Origin: an uncultured Gemmatimonadales bacterium
Lineage (GTDB): Bacteria > Gemmatimonadota > Gemmatimonadetes > Gemmatimonadales > GWC2-71-9
Length of the DNA: 64,000 nt
Direction: 5' to 3'
NCBI GenBank assembly: GCA_963730185.1
Contig: CAVSQW010000014.1
Location: 224,001-288,000 of the forward strand
The notes under the pieces were generated by a model that was not told the origin of the DNA, ran no database searches, and was given only the letters and a program-made list of their open reading frames with translations. The stretch's first letter is position 1. The number at the start of each line of letters is the position of its first letter. Shown in pieces: positions 19,698-29,086 of the stretch. Both the position numbers and the translations under genes were made by a program.

Positions 19698-20744
19698 TCA
19701 ATGCGTGATCCGGAAGAACCAGGCGGCCACCACCGGACCGCGCGGGCGACGGCCGCGCGGAGCCGGCGTGTCGGCCGCGGCCTCGGGGGCGGGCCCATAC
19801 TCGGGCTGGAACAGATACGCCGTGTGGGTCACCGGATCGACGGTGATCGTCTTGGCCCCCTCCATGGTCGGGACGGTGGCCACCACGGTGTAGTGGTCGG
19901 GCGAATCCTGCCGGACCACCGTGACGTTGCCGTCGCGGCCGGCCGGTACGTAGATCAGCTTCTCCGACGGATCCCAACCGAGAGCATCGACGCCATCGCC
20001 ATTGGTGATGGTGGCCACGACCTTGCCCGCGGCAGGGTCGACCACGACCGAGGTGTTGCCGCAGCCCGAGAAGATCCGGTTCGACGCCGCGTCGAACGCG
20101 ATCCCGGTCGGGCCCTCGCAGGGCGCCAGCGGCCAGGAGGCGATGGCCTTCATGCTGGCGAGATCCACTACCTGCATCGTGCTCTTCCGCTCGTTGTTGA
20201 CGAAGATCTTCCCGTGCCCGTCGCTCGCGGCGCCCTCCGGAGCATTGTCCTCGAGCTCCGCCGTGCCCACCACCGTCCCGGCCTTCGGGTCGATCGCGGT
20301 GACCGTGCCGATGGGCCGGCTGTGGTTGGTCAGGATGACCCGGTCGGCCGACGCATCGTACATGATCCCATCGAGTCCCCCGCTCGCGACCGGAATCTTC
20401 TTGATCACCGCCAGGGTCTTGAGATCGAACATCGTGACGGTGGAATCGCCGCCGTTGGTCGTGAACCCATGGTTGTACCGGGCGACCAGGGCGATGCCGT
20501 GCATCCTGGGGGTGTCGGGGATGTCGCCCAGCACCTTGCCGGTGGAACCGTCGACGACCATGACGTGGGTGCTGCGGGAGACGAAGACCCGGCCGGTTCC
20601 CGGCTCGGCGACCAAGTAGTCGGTGCCCCCATCACCACCGATGTTGAACTTGTCGACCTTGAAGGTCTGGGCGTGGCCGGTGCCTGGCCAAGCCAGAACG
20701 GCCGCGACCAGCCAGGCGGAGTGACGAACGGCGTATCCGGGCAT
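19698..20744 (-). CDS. Secreted YncE-family beta-propeller protein
   Basis: Signal peptide, GDGGTDYL, HGIAL, APCEGPTGIA..FSGCGN repeats. Confidence 0.85.
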   Translation of the reverse strand: MPGYAVRHSAWLVAAVLAWPGTGHAQTFKVDKFNIGGDGGTDYLVAEPGTGRVFVSRSTHVMVVDGSTGKVLGDIPDTPRMHGIALVARYNHGFTTNGGDSTVTMFDLKTLAVIKKIPVASGGLDGIMYDASADRVILTNHSRPIGTVTAIDPKAGTVVGTAELEDNAPEGAASDGHGKIFVNNERKSTMQVVDLASMKAIASWPLAPCEGPTGIAFDAASNRIFSGCGNTSVVVDPAAGKVVATITNGDGVDALGWDPSEKLIYVPAGRDGNVTVVRQDSPDHYTVVATVPTMEGAKTITVDPVTHTAYLFQPEYGPAPEAAADTPAPRGRRPRGPVVAAWFFRITH

Positions 20745-21022
20745 ATGAGAGCCTCGATGGCAATCCGCCCCGGGTAAGGACCCCAACGGCGCCGGCTCGC
20801 GTCGGCTTGGGGGCACCCGGCCCAGGGCAGGGTGGTGAGCCGTGTTGTAGGCCTCGAATGATACCTCGCCAGTGGGCTGAACGGGCGAGCGCACCCCGGC
20901 CACCAACCCCGCGGTGCCGTCCCTCGCCGCCGGTTCGAAATGAAACAACTGCCTCCCGGTCCTCGTCCGGTTCCCTGTTCGCCCAACGCCGCCATTCCGA
21001 CTCAACGCTGGGGCCGCCTCCC

Positions 21023-23476
21023 ATGGACCTCTTCGTTCAGGATCTCCGGTACGCCGTCCGGCGCCTCCGCCAGGCCCCCGGGTTCACCTTCGTCGCCGTG
21101 TTGATCATCGGTCTCGGCATCGGGGCCAACACGGCGATCTTCTCGATCGTCAACGCGGTGCTGCTCCGGCCGCAGCCGTTCGCCCAACCGGACCGGCTGG
21201 TCAACGTCTACGTGAGCGGCTCGAACGGCAGCGCGGCCGCGACCACGTCCTACCCCGAGTATCGCGCTCTCCGGGAGCGGACCGACCTCTTCTCCGGGGT
21301 GGCCTCGTTCGACCTCCAGATGGCCAGCCGGGCCACCGCCGAGGGATCCGAGACGGCCTTCGTCGAGGTGGTGTCGGCCAACTACTGGGACGTGCTCGGC
21401 CTGACGCCCTCGCGGGGACGCGGCTTCCGGGCCGATGAGGACCGGCCCGGCAGTAGCGTGGTGGCGGTGATGGGCTACCAGATGTGGGAGCGTCGGTTCG
21501 GGGCCGACCCCGGAGTGGTCGGGAGCACGGTCCGGCTCGACGGAGTGCCGGTGACGATCGTCGGGATCGGGCCCCGGAACTACCGCGGCGTCGTCGGCGC
21601 CCTGACCACCGAGTTCTGGATTCCGACCGGGTCAATGGCGGCGCTCACTCCCGAGCTGGAGGGCCAGCTGGAGCGCCGGGACATGCGGTCGGCCTGGGTT
21701 CGAGCCCGGCTCCAGCCTGGGGTGACGGTGGAGCGGGCCCGGGCCGGCGTCGAGGTCCTGATGGCCGCCCTGGCGCGGGAGTTCCCGGCGAGCAACGCGG
21801 GCCGGACGGCCCTGGTGGTCCCCGCGGCCGGCGTGCGGATCTACCCGGCCGTGGACCGGGCGCTCTATCCGATCGCGGCCCTGCTCCTGGTGGTGGTGGG
21901 GCTGGTGCTGGCGATCGCGTGCAGCAACCTGGCCAATCTGCTCCTGGCCCGGGCCACGGCCCGCCAGAAGGAGGTGGCCCTGCGGCTCGCGCTCGGATCG
22001 AGTCGAGGTCGCCTGGTCCGCCAGCTGGTGACCGAGAGCGGGCTGCTCGGACTACTCGGCGGTGCTCTGGGGCTCGGCCTCGCCGCCTTACTGGTCCGGG
22101 CGATCGTGTCGTTCCAGCCGCCGATCGCGGTTCCCCTGGCGCTCGATCTCCACCTCGACGGCCGGGTCCTGGCCTTCACGGCGGCGCTGGCGTTAGGCAC
22201 CGGGCTCCTCTTTGGCCTGGCGCCGGCCCTCAAGGCCACCCGGCCCGACCTGGTCCGGGGTCTTCGGGACGAAGAGCACACCGTGGCCCTCGGCGATCAT
22301 CGGTTCGGTCTCCGCAACGTGCTCGTGGTGCTCCAGGTCGCCGGGTCGGTGGTGCTCCTGATCGGAGCGGGGCTCTTCGTCCGGAGTCTGGGGCACGCCC
22401 AGCAGATCGATCCGGGCTTCGAGCGAGATCGGGCGGCGATCCTGACCGTCAACCTGGGCCTGGGTCGGATGGACTCGACCCGGGCGCGGCAGCTCCTCCA
22501 CGACTTCGCCGACCGGATCGCGGCCACCCCCGGGGTCCGACAGGTCGCGCTGACCGACCGGGTGCCGTTGGGATTCACCGTCCGGACTCGCGAGATCACG
22601 ATTCCCGGAGTGGAGCCGCCCGCCGGGCACGATGCCCTCGAGGTCGACTACGGGGTGGTCGGCCCCGGCTATTTCCGGACCCTCGGCATTCCCCTCGTTC
22701 GGGGGCGAGGATTCGAGCCGGCCGACGACCAGTCGTCGGCCACGGTGGTGGTGGTGAGCGAGGCGATGGCCCGGGCCTATTGGGGCACGGTCGACGTGAT
22801 TGGTCGGCGGCTCCGGCTCGACGGCGCCACCGGCCCGGCGCTGGAGATCGTCGGGGTGGCCCGAGACACCAAGGTCCGGACCCTGGGCGAGCAGCCGAGG
22901 CCCTATCTCTACGGCGCATTCGAGCAGCAGTACGACGACCTGGTGGCGGTGGTGGCCGCGACCGACGGCGACCCAACGCCGGTCGTGGATCGGATGCGGC
23001 GCGAATTCCGCGCGGCCTACCCGGACGTGCCGATCTTCGACGCCCAGACGATGGCCGAGCATCTCGGCCTGATGTTGTTTCTGCCGCGAATGGCGGCCGG
23101 CCTGCTCTCCATCTTCGGACTGCTCGCGGTCGGGTTGGCGGCGGTGGGGCTCTACGGCGTGGTCGCGTTCGCGGTGGCCCGGCGGACTCGCGAGATCGGG
23201 GTCCGGATCGCGCTCGGCGCCGCCTCCGGCCAGGTGATGCGCCTGGTGCTGGGGCGGAGCATGGCACTGGTGGGCGTCGGCCTCGGCGTGGGGCTGGTGC
23301 TGGCCCTGGTAGCCGCTCGGTTGCTGGCCGGCGCCCTCTACGGCCTGTCACCTAGCGATCCGATCGCGATCGGCGGGACGATCGGGTTCCTGGCCCTGGT
23401 GGCGGTCCTCGCGAGCTATCTGCCGGCGCGGCGGGCGGCTCGGGTCGATCCGCTGGTGGCGATCAAGGGGGAGTGA
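21023..23476 (+). CDS. ADOP-type duplicated ABC permease
   Basis: QDLRYAVRRLRQAPGF, LGIGANTAIFS, IACSNLANLLL, RTREIGVRIALGA, PARRAARVDP. Confidence 0.94.
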   Translation: MDLFVQDLRYAVRRLRQAPGFTFVAVLIIGLGIGANTAIFSIVNAVLLRPQPFAQPDRLVNVYVSGSNGSAAATTSYPEYRALRERTDLFSGVASFDLQMASRATAEGSETAFVEVVSANYWDVLGLTPSRGRGFRADEDRPGSSVVAVMGYQMWERRFGADPGVVGSTVRLDGVPVTIVGIGPRNYRGVVGALTTEFWIPTGSMAALTPELEGQLERRDMRSAWVRARLQPGVTVERARAGVEVLMAALAREFPASNAGRTALVVPAAGVRIYPAVDRALYPIAALLLVVVGLVLAIACSNLANLLLARATARQKEVALRLALGSSRGRLVRQLVTESGLLGLLGGALGLGLAALLVRAIVSFQPPIAVPLALDLHLDGRVLAFTAALALGTGLLFGLAPALKATRPDLVRGLRDEEHTVALGDHRFGLRNVLVVLQVAGSVVLLIGAGLFVRSLGHAQQIDPGFERDRAAILTVNLGLGRMDSTRARQLLHDFADRIAATPGVRQVALTDRVPLGFTVRTREITIPGVEPPAGHDALEVDYGVVGPGYFRTLGIPLVRGRGFEPADDQSSATVVVVSEAMARAYWGTVDVIGRRLRLDGATGPALEIVGVARDTKVRTLGEQPRPYLYGAFEQQYDDLVAVVAATDGDPTPVVDRMRREFRAAYPDVPIFDAQTMAEHLGLMLFLPRMAAGLLSIFGLLAVGLAAVGLYGVVAFAVARRTREIGVRIALGAASGQVMRLVLGRSMALVGVGLGVGLVLALVAARLLAGALYGLSPSDPIAIGGTIGFLALVAVLASYLPARRAARVDPLVAIKGE

Positions 23477-24122
23477 GCGACGGGACAACCGGAGCGCAGT
23501 CGGCGCACGGCGTCCGGCCCCGAAGCGCCGTGATCCCCTCGGTACCGAGGATCGGAACCATGGCCAGAGCCGCGACGGGATCGGCCCACCACCAGCCGAG
23601 CAGGGCATTGAGCAGGAGGCCGGCGAGCAGGATCACAGAGAGATAAAAGCAGAAGTCCGTCTGGCGGGCTTCCGCGGTCAGGGCGCCGCTTTGGAGCTGA
23701 GCGGCGACCCGGCGTTTGGCGCGGGCCAGAAACGGCATGACCAGCAGAGAGCCCAGCGCGATGACGATCCCGAGGCTCGATTCCTCCGGGTGAGCCCGGA
23801 GGAACAGGGTCCGCACCGCGTCCACCAGCACGTAGGCCGCCAGCAGCAGGAAGCACGTCCCGATGATCCGGAGGGCGCCGCGTTCGGCCCCGTGCCGGGC
23901 CGCGGGTGTCGCGTCGGTCCGGAGCCGCCAGAGGCCCGCCACGCTGCTGCACACCTCGATCACGCTGTCGAGCCCGAATCCCACCAGCGCCACGGAGCCG
24001 GCGGCGAGGCCGGCTCCCACCGACACCGCCGCCTCCAGGCAGTTGTAAAGGATCGTCGCCCAGGTGAGCCGCTGACCGCGGCGGACGACGGCGCCGCGGT
24101 CGGGCAGCGGGACGGTGGTCAT
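23463..24122 (-). CDS. Cation-efflux (CDF-like) transmembrane transporter lacking the C-terminal domain
   Basis: YNCLEA, GSVALVGFGLDSVIE, QTDFC, GWWWADPVAAL; C-terminal CADC. Confidence 0.85.
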   Translation of the reverse strand: MTTVPLPDRGAVVRRGQRLTWATILYNCLEAAVSVGAGLAAGSVALVGFGLDSVIEVCSSVAGLWRLRTDATPAARHGAERGALRIIGTCFLLLAAYVLVDAVRTLFLRAHPEESSLGIVIALGSLLVMPFLARAKRRVAAQLQSGALTAEARQTDFCFYLSVILLAGLLLNALLGWWWADPVAALAMVPILGTEGITALRGRTPCADCAPVVPSLTPP

Positions 24123-24138
24123 CCTCGGAAGGTACGGG

Positions 24139-25335
24139 TCAGGGCTTGAGCTTGTCGAGCTTCTCCTGGATCGACTTGCCGTTCGAGACCAGCGCGAGCG
24201 CCTGCTGGTAGTAGCTCCGTGCCTTGGCCTGGTCGCCCTTGCCCGCCCAGAGGTCGCCCAGCCGGTCGTAGCCGCGGAAGCTCTTGGGGTACACCTCCGT
24301 CTGGATCTCGGCGAAGGTGATCGCCTTGGCCGTGTCCTGGGTCGCGGCAAAGAAGGACAGCAGCCCGATCATGTGCTCCGGCGGGGTGAAGGTCGCGCCC
24401 AGCTTGGCGGAAATCTCCTGGAAGTGGGTCGTCAGGATCCGCGGCTGGTCGAGGAGCTCGAGGAGGGGGAGCTTGTACCCGTCGAAGATGAAGTGGAGCG
24501 CGTCGTACTCCGCGATCATCGGGACGGAGCCGTGATCGTCGTGGGGATAGTACTTGTAGGCGTAGCGGATGCCGCTGTTGTTGAAGGCCTCGAGGATGGC
24601 GTTGAACTGGATGATCGAGTCGAAGTGCACGTTCGCGGTGGTATCGGCCGGATTGATGGTGTTGGCCTGCCCCACGTAGAGCGCCTTGCCGGCGAGGTGC
24701 GCGGTGCTGAAGTACGGTCGCGCCTTCCAGAGCAGCTCCTGGTGGTCCCACCAGAGGCTCGGATCGATGGCCACGTAGGCGTTGAACGTCTCGGGAATCG
24801 CATAGAGCGCGTTGACGACCGCGATCCCGCCGAACGAGTGGCCCACCAGCACCCGGTACGGCATCGTGCGGTAGGTCGACTCGATCTTGGGGATCAGCTC
24901 GGTCTGGATGAACTGGAAGAAGTTCGGCATCCCGCCGCTGGTCTTGAACGCCGGCGTCGGCTTGCCGTCGAATCCGATCTCGGTGTGGGTCGGCGTCAGG
25001 TCGCGGGTCCGATCGGTGTTGGGGATCGCGACGACGATCATCTCCGGGAACACGAAGGTGCCGTTGACCCCGGTGGCCAGGATCTGGATCAGGCCGGCGA
25101 CCGACTGGAAGTGCGCGTCGCCGTCGAGGAGGTAGAGTACCGGGTAGCGCTGCGGGGTCGTCGTGGTGTCGTCGTACGACGGCGGGGTATAGACCAGGTA
25201 CGGCCGGGTCTCTTTCAGGACCGTCGACTTGATCGAGTCGACCGTGCCGATGTGAACGATCTTCTCGAAGCGGCTCTGGGCTCGACCGACGGTCGGAACG
25301 AGCAGCGCCAGCAGGAGCGGGGTCGTGAAGCGCAT
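24139..25335 (-). CDS. Secreted esterase (IroE/Fes-like alpha/beta hydrolase) with C-terminal TPR
   Basis: YPVLYLLDGD, DRTRDLTP, GHSFGG, DPSLWW, DDHGS; TPR-like GYDRLGD..ARSYYQQAL. Confidence 0.9.
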   Translation of the reverse strand: MRFTTPLLLALLVPTVGRAQSRFEKIVHIGTVDSIKSTVLKETRPYLVYTPPSYDDTTTTPQRYPVLYLLDGDAHFQSVAGLIQILATGVNGTFVFPEMIVVAIPNTDRTRDLTPTHTEIGFDGKPTPAFKTSGGMPNFFQFIQTELIPKIESTYRTMPYRVLVGHSFGGIAVVNALYAIPETFNAYVAIDPSLWWDHQELLWKARPYFSTAHLAGKALYVGQANTINPADTTANVHFDSIIQFNAILEAFNNSGIRYAYKYYPHDDHGSVPMIAEYDALHFIFDGYKLPLLELLDQPRILTTHFQEISAKLGATFTPPEHMIGLLSFFAATQDTAKAITFAEIQTEVYPKSFRGYDRLGDLWAGKGDQAKARSYYQQALALVSNGKSIQEKLDKLKP

Positions 25336-25470
25336 GGGGGGATCACCAGGCTGGGAGTTGACGGTCGGAGTGCCGGATCATTTTAACGCTTCGCGGCCGG
25401 TCGTGCCCGCCCGGTCGGGCGGCCGGTCGGAGCCGGCCCGGCGGCGCCAGGCTCGACCGGCGCCGTGGAG

Positions 25471-26847
25471 TCAGGGCCGGGTCCCGCCGGTCCGGGGCCA
25501 GCGGACGACGGCCCAGACCAGATCGGCCCAGATCGCGGCCGCCGGGCCCGCGGCCGGTTCGTAGCTGAATCGCGCTCGCCCGTCGGTGAAGGTCGTCCCG
25601 CCGGCGAATCGCAGCGCGACCGATGGCTGGGGGCCTCGTTGGAGCGTCAGGCCACCGTCGCTCATCCGCACCTTCACGTCTCCATAGTCGCCCACGAAAC
25701 GGGTGAGGTCGGCCGGCGGGGCGTGCTCCGTCGGCGGCGTGGGACCGAACACGGCTTCGGCGATTTGGCTCACCAGCGGGTCGGGGCGCACCGGGCCCTG
25801 GGTGTTGATCAGCACCGCGATGGTCAATGAGTCGTCGGGAAAGTAGGCGAGGTACGACGTGAAGCCCTGGATGTCGCCGCCATGGTGGAAGACCCGATGG
25901 CCGGCCATGGTCCCGAGCGCCATGCCGAGGCCGTACCGGGTCTGGCGGCCGGCGGCGAGCGTCTGAGGCCGGGTCATCTCGGCGAGGGCGGCGGCCCCGA
26001 GGATCCGACCGCCGAAGAGGGCCTGGGTCCAGGCGACCAGATCGAGCGCGGTGGAGCAGAGCGCGCCCGCCGCGAATGGAATGACCGGGTTAATATACTC
26101 CGCCGGCCGAAATCCGGTCGGGGCGAAGTCGTACCCTCTGGCGCGGTGGAGAATCAGGGCCCGCGGGTCGCAGTACCGGGAGTGGCGCATCCCGGTCGGC
26201 TGGAACAGCCGGTTGGCTACGAAGTCCGCGTAGGGCCGGCCACTCAGCGTCTCGATCAGCTTTCCGGCGAGGAGAAAGCCGGTGTTGCTGTAGCGCATCT
26301 GTTCGCCGGGCGGGAAGTAGAACGGCTCTCCCTGCGCCAGCGCGATCACGGAGTCCGGCGGCAGGTCCCGGCGCTTCAGAAACTGGAAGGCCGGCAGGTC
26401 GGGGACGTCGACCAGCCCGGAGGTGTGCGACAGCAGCTGCCGGATGGTGACCCGTCGCCCCTGGGTGGGGGCGTCGGGCAGATACCGGGTGATGTCGTCG
26501 TCCAACCCCAGCTTCCCCTCCTGGACCAGCAGGAGGACGGCCGCCGCCGTGAATTCCTTGGTAACCGACGCGATCTGGAAAGCGTGCTCGACCGTCATCG
26601 GCACCGCGTTCTCGAGCTCGGCCGATCCGTAGCCTCGCGCCAGCAGCGTGTCGCGGCCCCGGACGACGGCCACGGCGAGCCCGGCCACCTGGCCGGCCGC
26701 GACCGGGGCACGGGCAAGCGAGTCGAGCAGCGCCTCCGTGCGGGCCCGAGTCGGCGCCTGAGCCCCGACCGCACCGGCCCCGAGGACGACCAGCAGGAGG
26801 GTGAGCGGCGCGAACCGGAGTCGACGACCGGCGCGGGAGTCCATCAT
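25471..26847 (-). CDS. Secreted serine hydrolase (AmpC/beta-lactamase-related)
   Basis: SVTK (SxxK), LLSHTSG, YSN, HGG; signal peptide. Confidence 0.9.
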   Translation of the reverse strand: MMDSRAGRRLRFAPLTLLLVVLGAGAVGAQAPTRARTEALLDSLARAPVAAGQVAGLAVAVVRGRDTLLARGYGSAELENAVPMTVEHAFQIASVTKEFTAAAVLLLVQEGKLGLDDDITRYLPDAPTQGRRVTIRQLLSHTSGLVDVPDLPAFQFLKRRDLPPDSVIALAQGEPFYFPPGEQMRYSNTGFLLAGKLIETLSGRPYADFVANRLFQPTGMRHSRYCDPRALILHRARGYDFAPTGFRPAEYINPVIPFAAGALCSTALDLVAWTQALFGGRILGAAALAEMTRPQTLAAGRQTRYGLGMALGTMAGHRVFHHGGDIQGFTSYLAYFPDDSLTIAVLINTQGPVRPDPLVSQIAEAVFGPTPPTEHAPPADLTRFVGDYGDVKVRMSDGGLTLQRGPQPSVALRFAGGTTFTDGRARFSYEPAAGPAAAIWADLVWAVVRWPRTGGTRP

Positions 26848-27067
26848 GGTCACAGGTTCCGAGGGTGGAATCGGCGGCGACGCGAGAGGCCTTCGGACAG
26901 CGAATGTCATACGGCGAATGGCGGAGCCAGGTTTCGGCGATTCCAGTCCCTGGGCCTTAGAGCGCTCGGCAGGCATCATGACGATTGGCAATTCGGGATG
27001 GCGCGGGCACTTTTCGATCGACATCCACTCGGAGCACAGCGTGGCAACGGAGCACGGTGGCGGTGAC

Positions 27068-28561
27068 ATGAGCGGTCGGTCGTATCTCGCGGCCAGTCTG
27101 GGTATGGCCTTGGCCCTGGTGGGCTGTGGCGGTCGGACTGCCATGCCGGCTGAGCGCCCCGAGGCCCGGATCGATCGGGTGCTCGACGGCCTCGTTCCCG
27201 TGCTGGCGATTCGGGGTGAGCCTCCCATGCAGTGGACCCTGCGCGAGCGGATGGAGCACTACCACGTGCCGGGGGTGAGCATCGCGGTCATCGACAGCGG
27301 CCGCATCGTCTGGTTGCGCGCGGTCGGGCTCAAGGAGGCCGGCGGCACCGATCCGATCGACACGGCCACGGTGTTCCAGGCGGGATCGATCAGCAAGCCC
27401 ACGTTCGCCGTCGGGGTCATGCGCCTGGTTCAGGACGGCAAGCTCTCCCTCGACCGGAACGTCAACGACCTGCTCACCTCGTGGAAGGTGCCGGACAATC
27501 GCTTCACGGCCACCGAGAAGGTGACCCTCCGGCGGATCCTGAGCCACACGGCGGGCCTCACGGTGCACGGGTTCCCCGGATATCCTCCCGGCGACTCGGT
27601 GCCGACGGTAGTCCAGATTCTCGACGGGAGCCCGCCGGCCAACACCGCTCCGGTCCGGGTCGATACCGTTCCCGGCAGGCTCTCCCGCTACTCCGGCGGG
27701 GGCACCACCGTCGCGATGCTGGTCGTGACCGACGTCATGGGGCGCCCGTTTCCCGATCTGATGCACGACCTGGTGTTGGCCCCGGCCGGGATGACGCGAA
27801 GCACCTACCAGCAGCCGCTCCCGGCGGCCTTCGCCGTCAACGCCGCCAGCGGGCACACCGGGGCGGGCGAGGTGGTCCCCGGTCGGTACAACACCTACCC
27901 CGAGATGAGCGCGGCGGGGCTCTGGACGACGCCGGCCGATCTGGCCCGCCTGGCGCTCGAGCTGGAACGGACCTGGACCGGAGCCTCGTCGCCGCTGATC
28001 AGCCGGGCGACGCTCGAGCAGATGTTCACCGTCCAGCCGCCGCTCAGCGACAGCGGGTTCGGGATCGGCTACCACGTGTCGGGGACCGGACCCGACCTCG
28101 AGTTCTCGCACGGTGGCGCCGACATCGGCTTCCGGGCGGAGTTCGTGGCGTTCGCCGAACGGGGGCAGGGCGCGGTAGTCATGACGAACGGAGACGGCGG
28201 CGACCGCCTGGCTGGGGAGCTGCTCGCCAGCATCGCGGCGGAGTATGGATGGCCGAGTCACCACCCCCTGGAAAAAGTGGTACTGGCCCGCGACTCAGCG
28301 GCGCTCGCTCCACTGGCCGGCGAGTACGAGCTCGAGATGGGTGGTCCGAAGCCGCTGGCGGCGATCGTGACGATCGAGGGTGGCAAGGCGCTTCTCGATC
28401 TCCAGGCGATCGGGATGGGCAAGGTGGAGCTCCTGGCCGATTCCGACTCGACCTACTTCCTCCGGGAGCTCGGCTACCCGGTGGAGTTCCCGAGGAATCG
28501 GGCGGGGCAGGTAGAGTCGATCGTGGTGGCGGGGTCGGTCTCGGGCCGGAAGGTCCGCTAG
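27068..28561 (+). CDS. Lipoprotein serine hydrolase (AmpC/beta-lactamase-related)
   Basis: LVGC lipobox, SISK, LSHTAG, YSGGG, YPEMSAAGLWTTP, HGG. Confidence 0.9.
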   Translation: MSGRSYLAASLGMALALVGCGGRTAMPAERPEARIDRVLDGLVPVLAIRGEPPMQWTLRERMEHYHVPGVSIAVIDSGRIVWLRAVGLKEAGGTDPIDTATVFQAGSISKPTFAVGVMRLVQDGKLSLDRNVNDLLTSWKVPDNRFTATEKVTLRRILSHTAGLTVHGFPGYPPGDSVPTVVQILDGSPPANTAPVRVDTVPGRLSRYSGGGTTVAMLVVTDVMGRPFPDLMHDLVLAPAGMTRSTYQQPLPAAFAVNAASGHTGAGEVVPGRYNTYPEMSAAGLWTTPADLARLALELERTWTGASSPLISRATLEQMFTVQPPLSDSGFGIGYHVSGTGPDLEFSHGGADIGFRAEFVAFAERGQGAVVMTNGDGGDRLAGELLASIAAEYGWPSHHPLEKVVLARDSAALAPLAGEYELEMGGPKPLAAIVTIEGGKALLDLQAIGMGKVELLADSDSTYFLRELGYPVEFPRNRAGQVESIVVAGSVSGRKVR

Positions 28562-28943
28562 AGGTGCCTCTCCCAGCGCTGGCTCTCCGGCCCCGACGCT
28601 GCCCGGCCTGACCCGCCCCTGGCGCGGGCGGCCGCAGGGCCGTGGGCCAGGCGGAACATCCCGAGGCCCGGCTCGCCCTCGAGCGGGAGCGAATCTAGAC
28701 CGGAGCTCCTTCGCAGCGCGTGAGCCATGCCGACATTCCGACCGTTGAACCGGAAGTCGGCATGCCCCATGCGAGCCGATGCCCCGACCCCATCCTTCCG
28801 AGGTGCCATCGTCCATCCGGCGGGTCGAGGTGAGCCATTGCCTGCCCGCCTGGTCTCGCCGACCGAACGGACGCGACCTTGGGGGTGGCGGAGTCCGCGA
28901 CCTGGCCGCGTTCAAGGGAGAGGCAGGCTCCGAGGAGACAATC

Positions 28944-29048
28944 ATGCCAAGCGGGCCGATTCTGCTGTCCCCCACGTCGGTGACCGTGGTCGGCGTCAAT
29001 CAGGGGCCACCTCTCCATTGGAAATCGGGGATGGGGCTCGACCGCTGA
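28944..29048 (+). CDS. Candidate 34-aa small ORF
   Basis: GAGGAG RBS before ATG; MPSGPILLSPTSVTVVGVNQGPPLHWKSGMGLDR; TGATG overlap with an in-frame ATG of the next gene. Confidence 0.3.
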   Translation: MPSGPILLSPTSVTVVGVNQGPPLHWKSGMGLDR

Positions 29049-29086
29049 TGGATCGAGCCCTGCCGGCGTGGTCGATCGAGGGATCC

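Noticed and set aside
20925..21010. AT-richer GTTCGAAATGAAACA and repeated CCGGTTC upstream of the second ADOP gene
   Set aside because: May be an activator site, but it is too short and degenerate to support.
25471..28561. Antibiotic-resistance beta-lactamases
   Set aside because: SxxK/YxN/HxG motifs show only family membership; most such proteins are peptidases or esterases.
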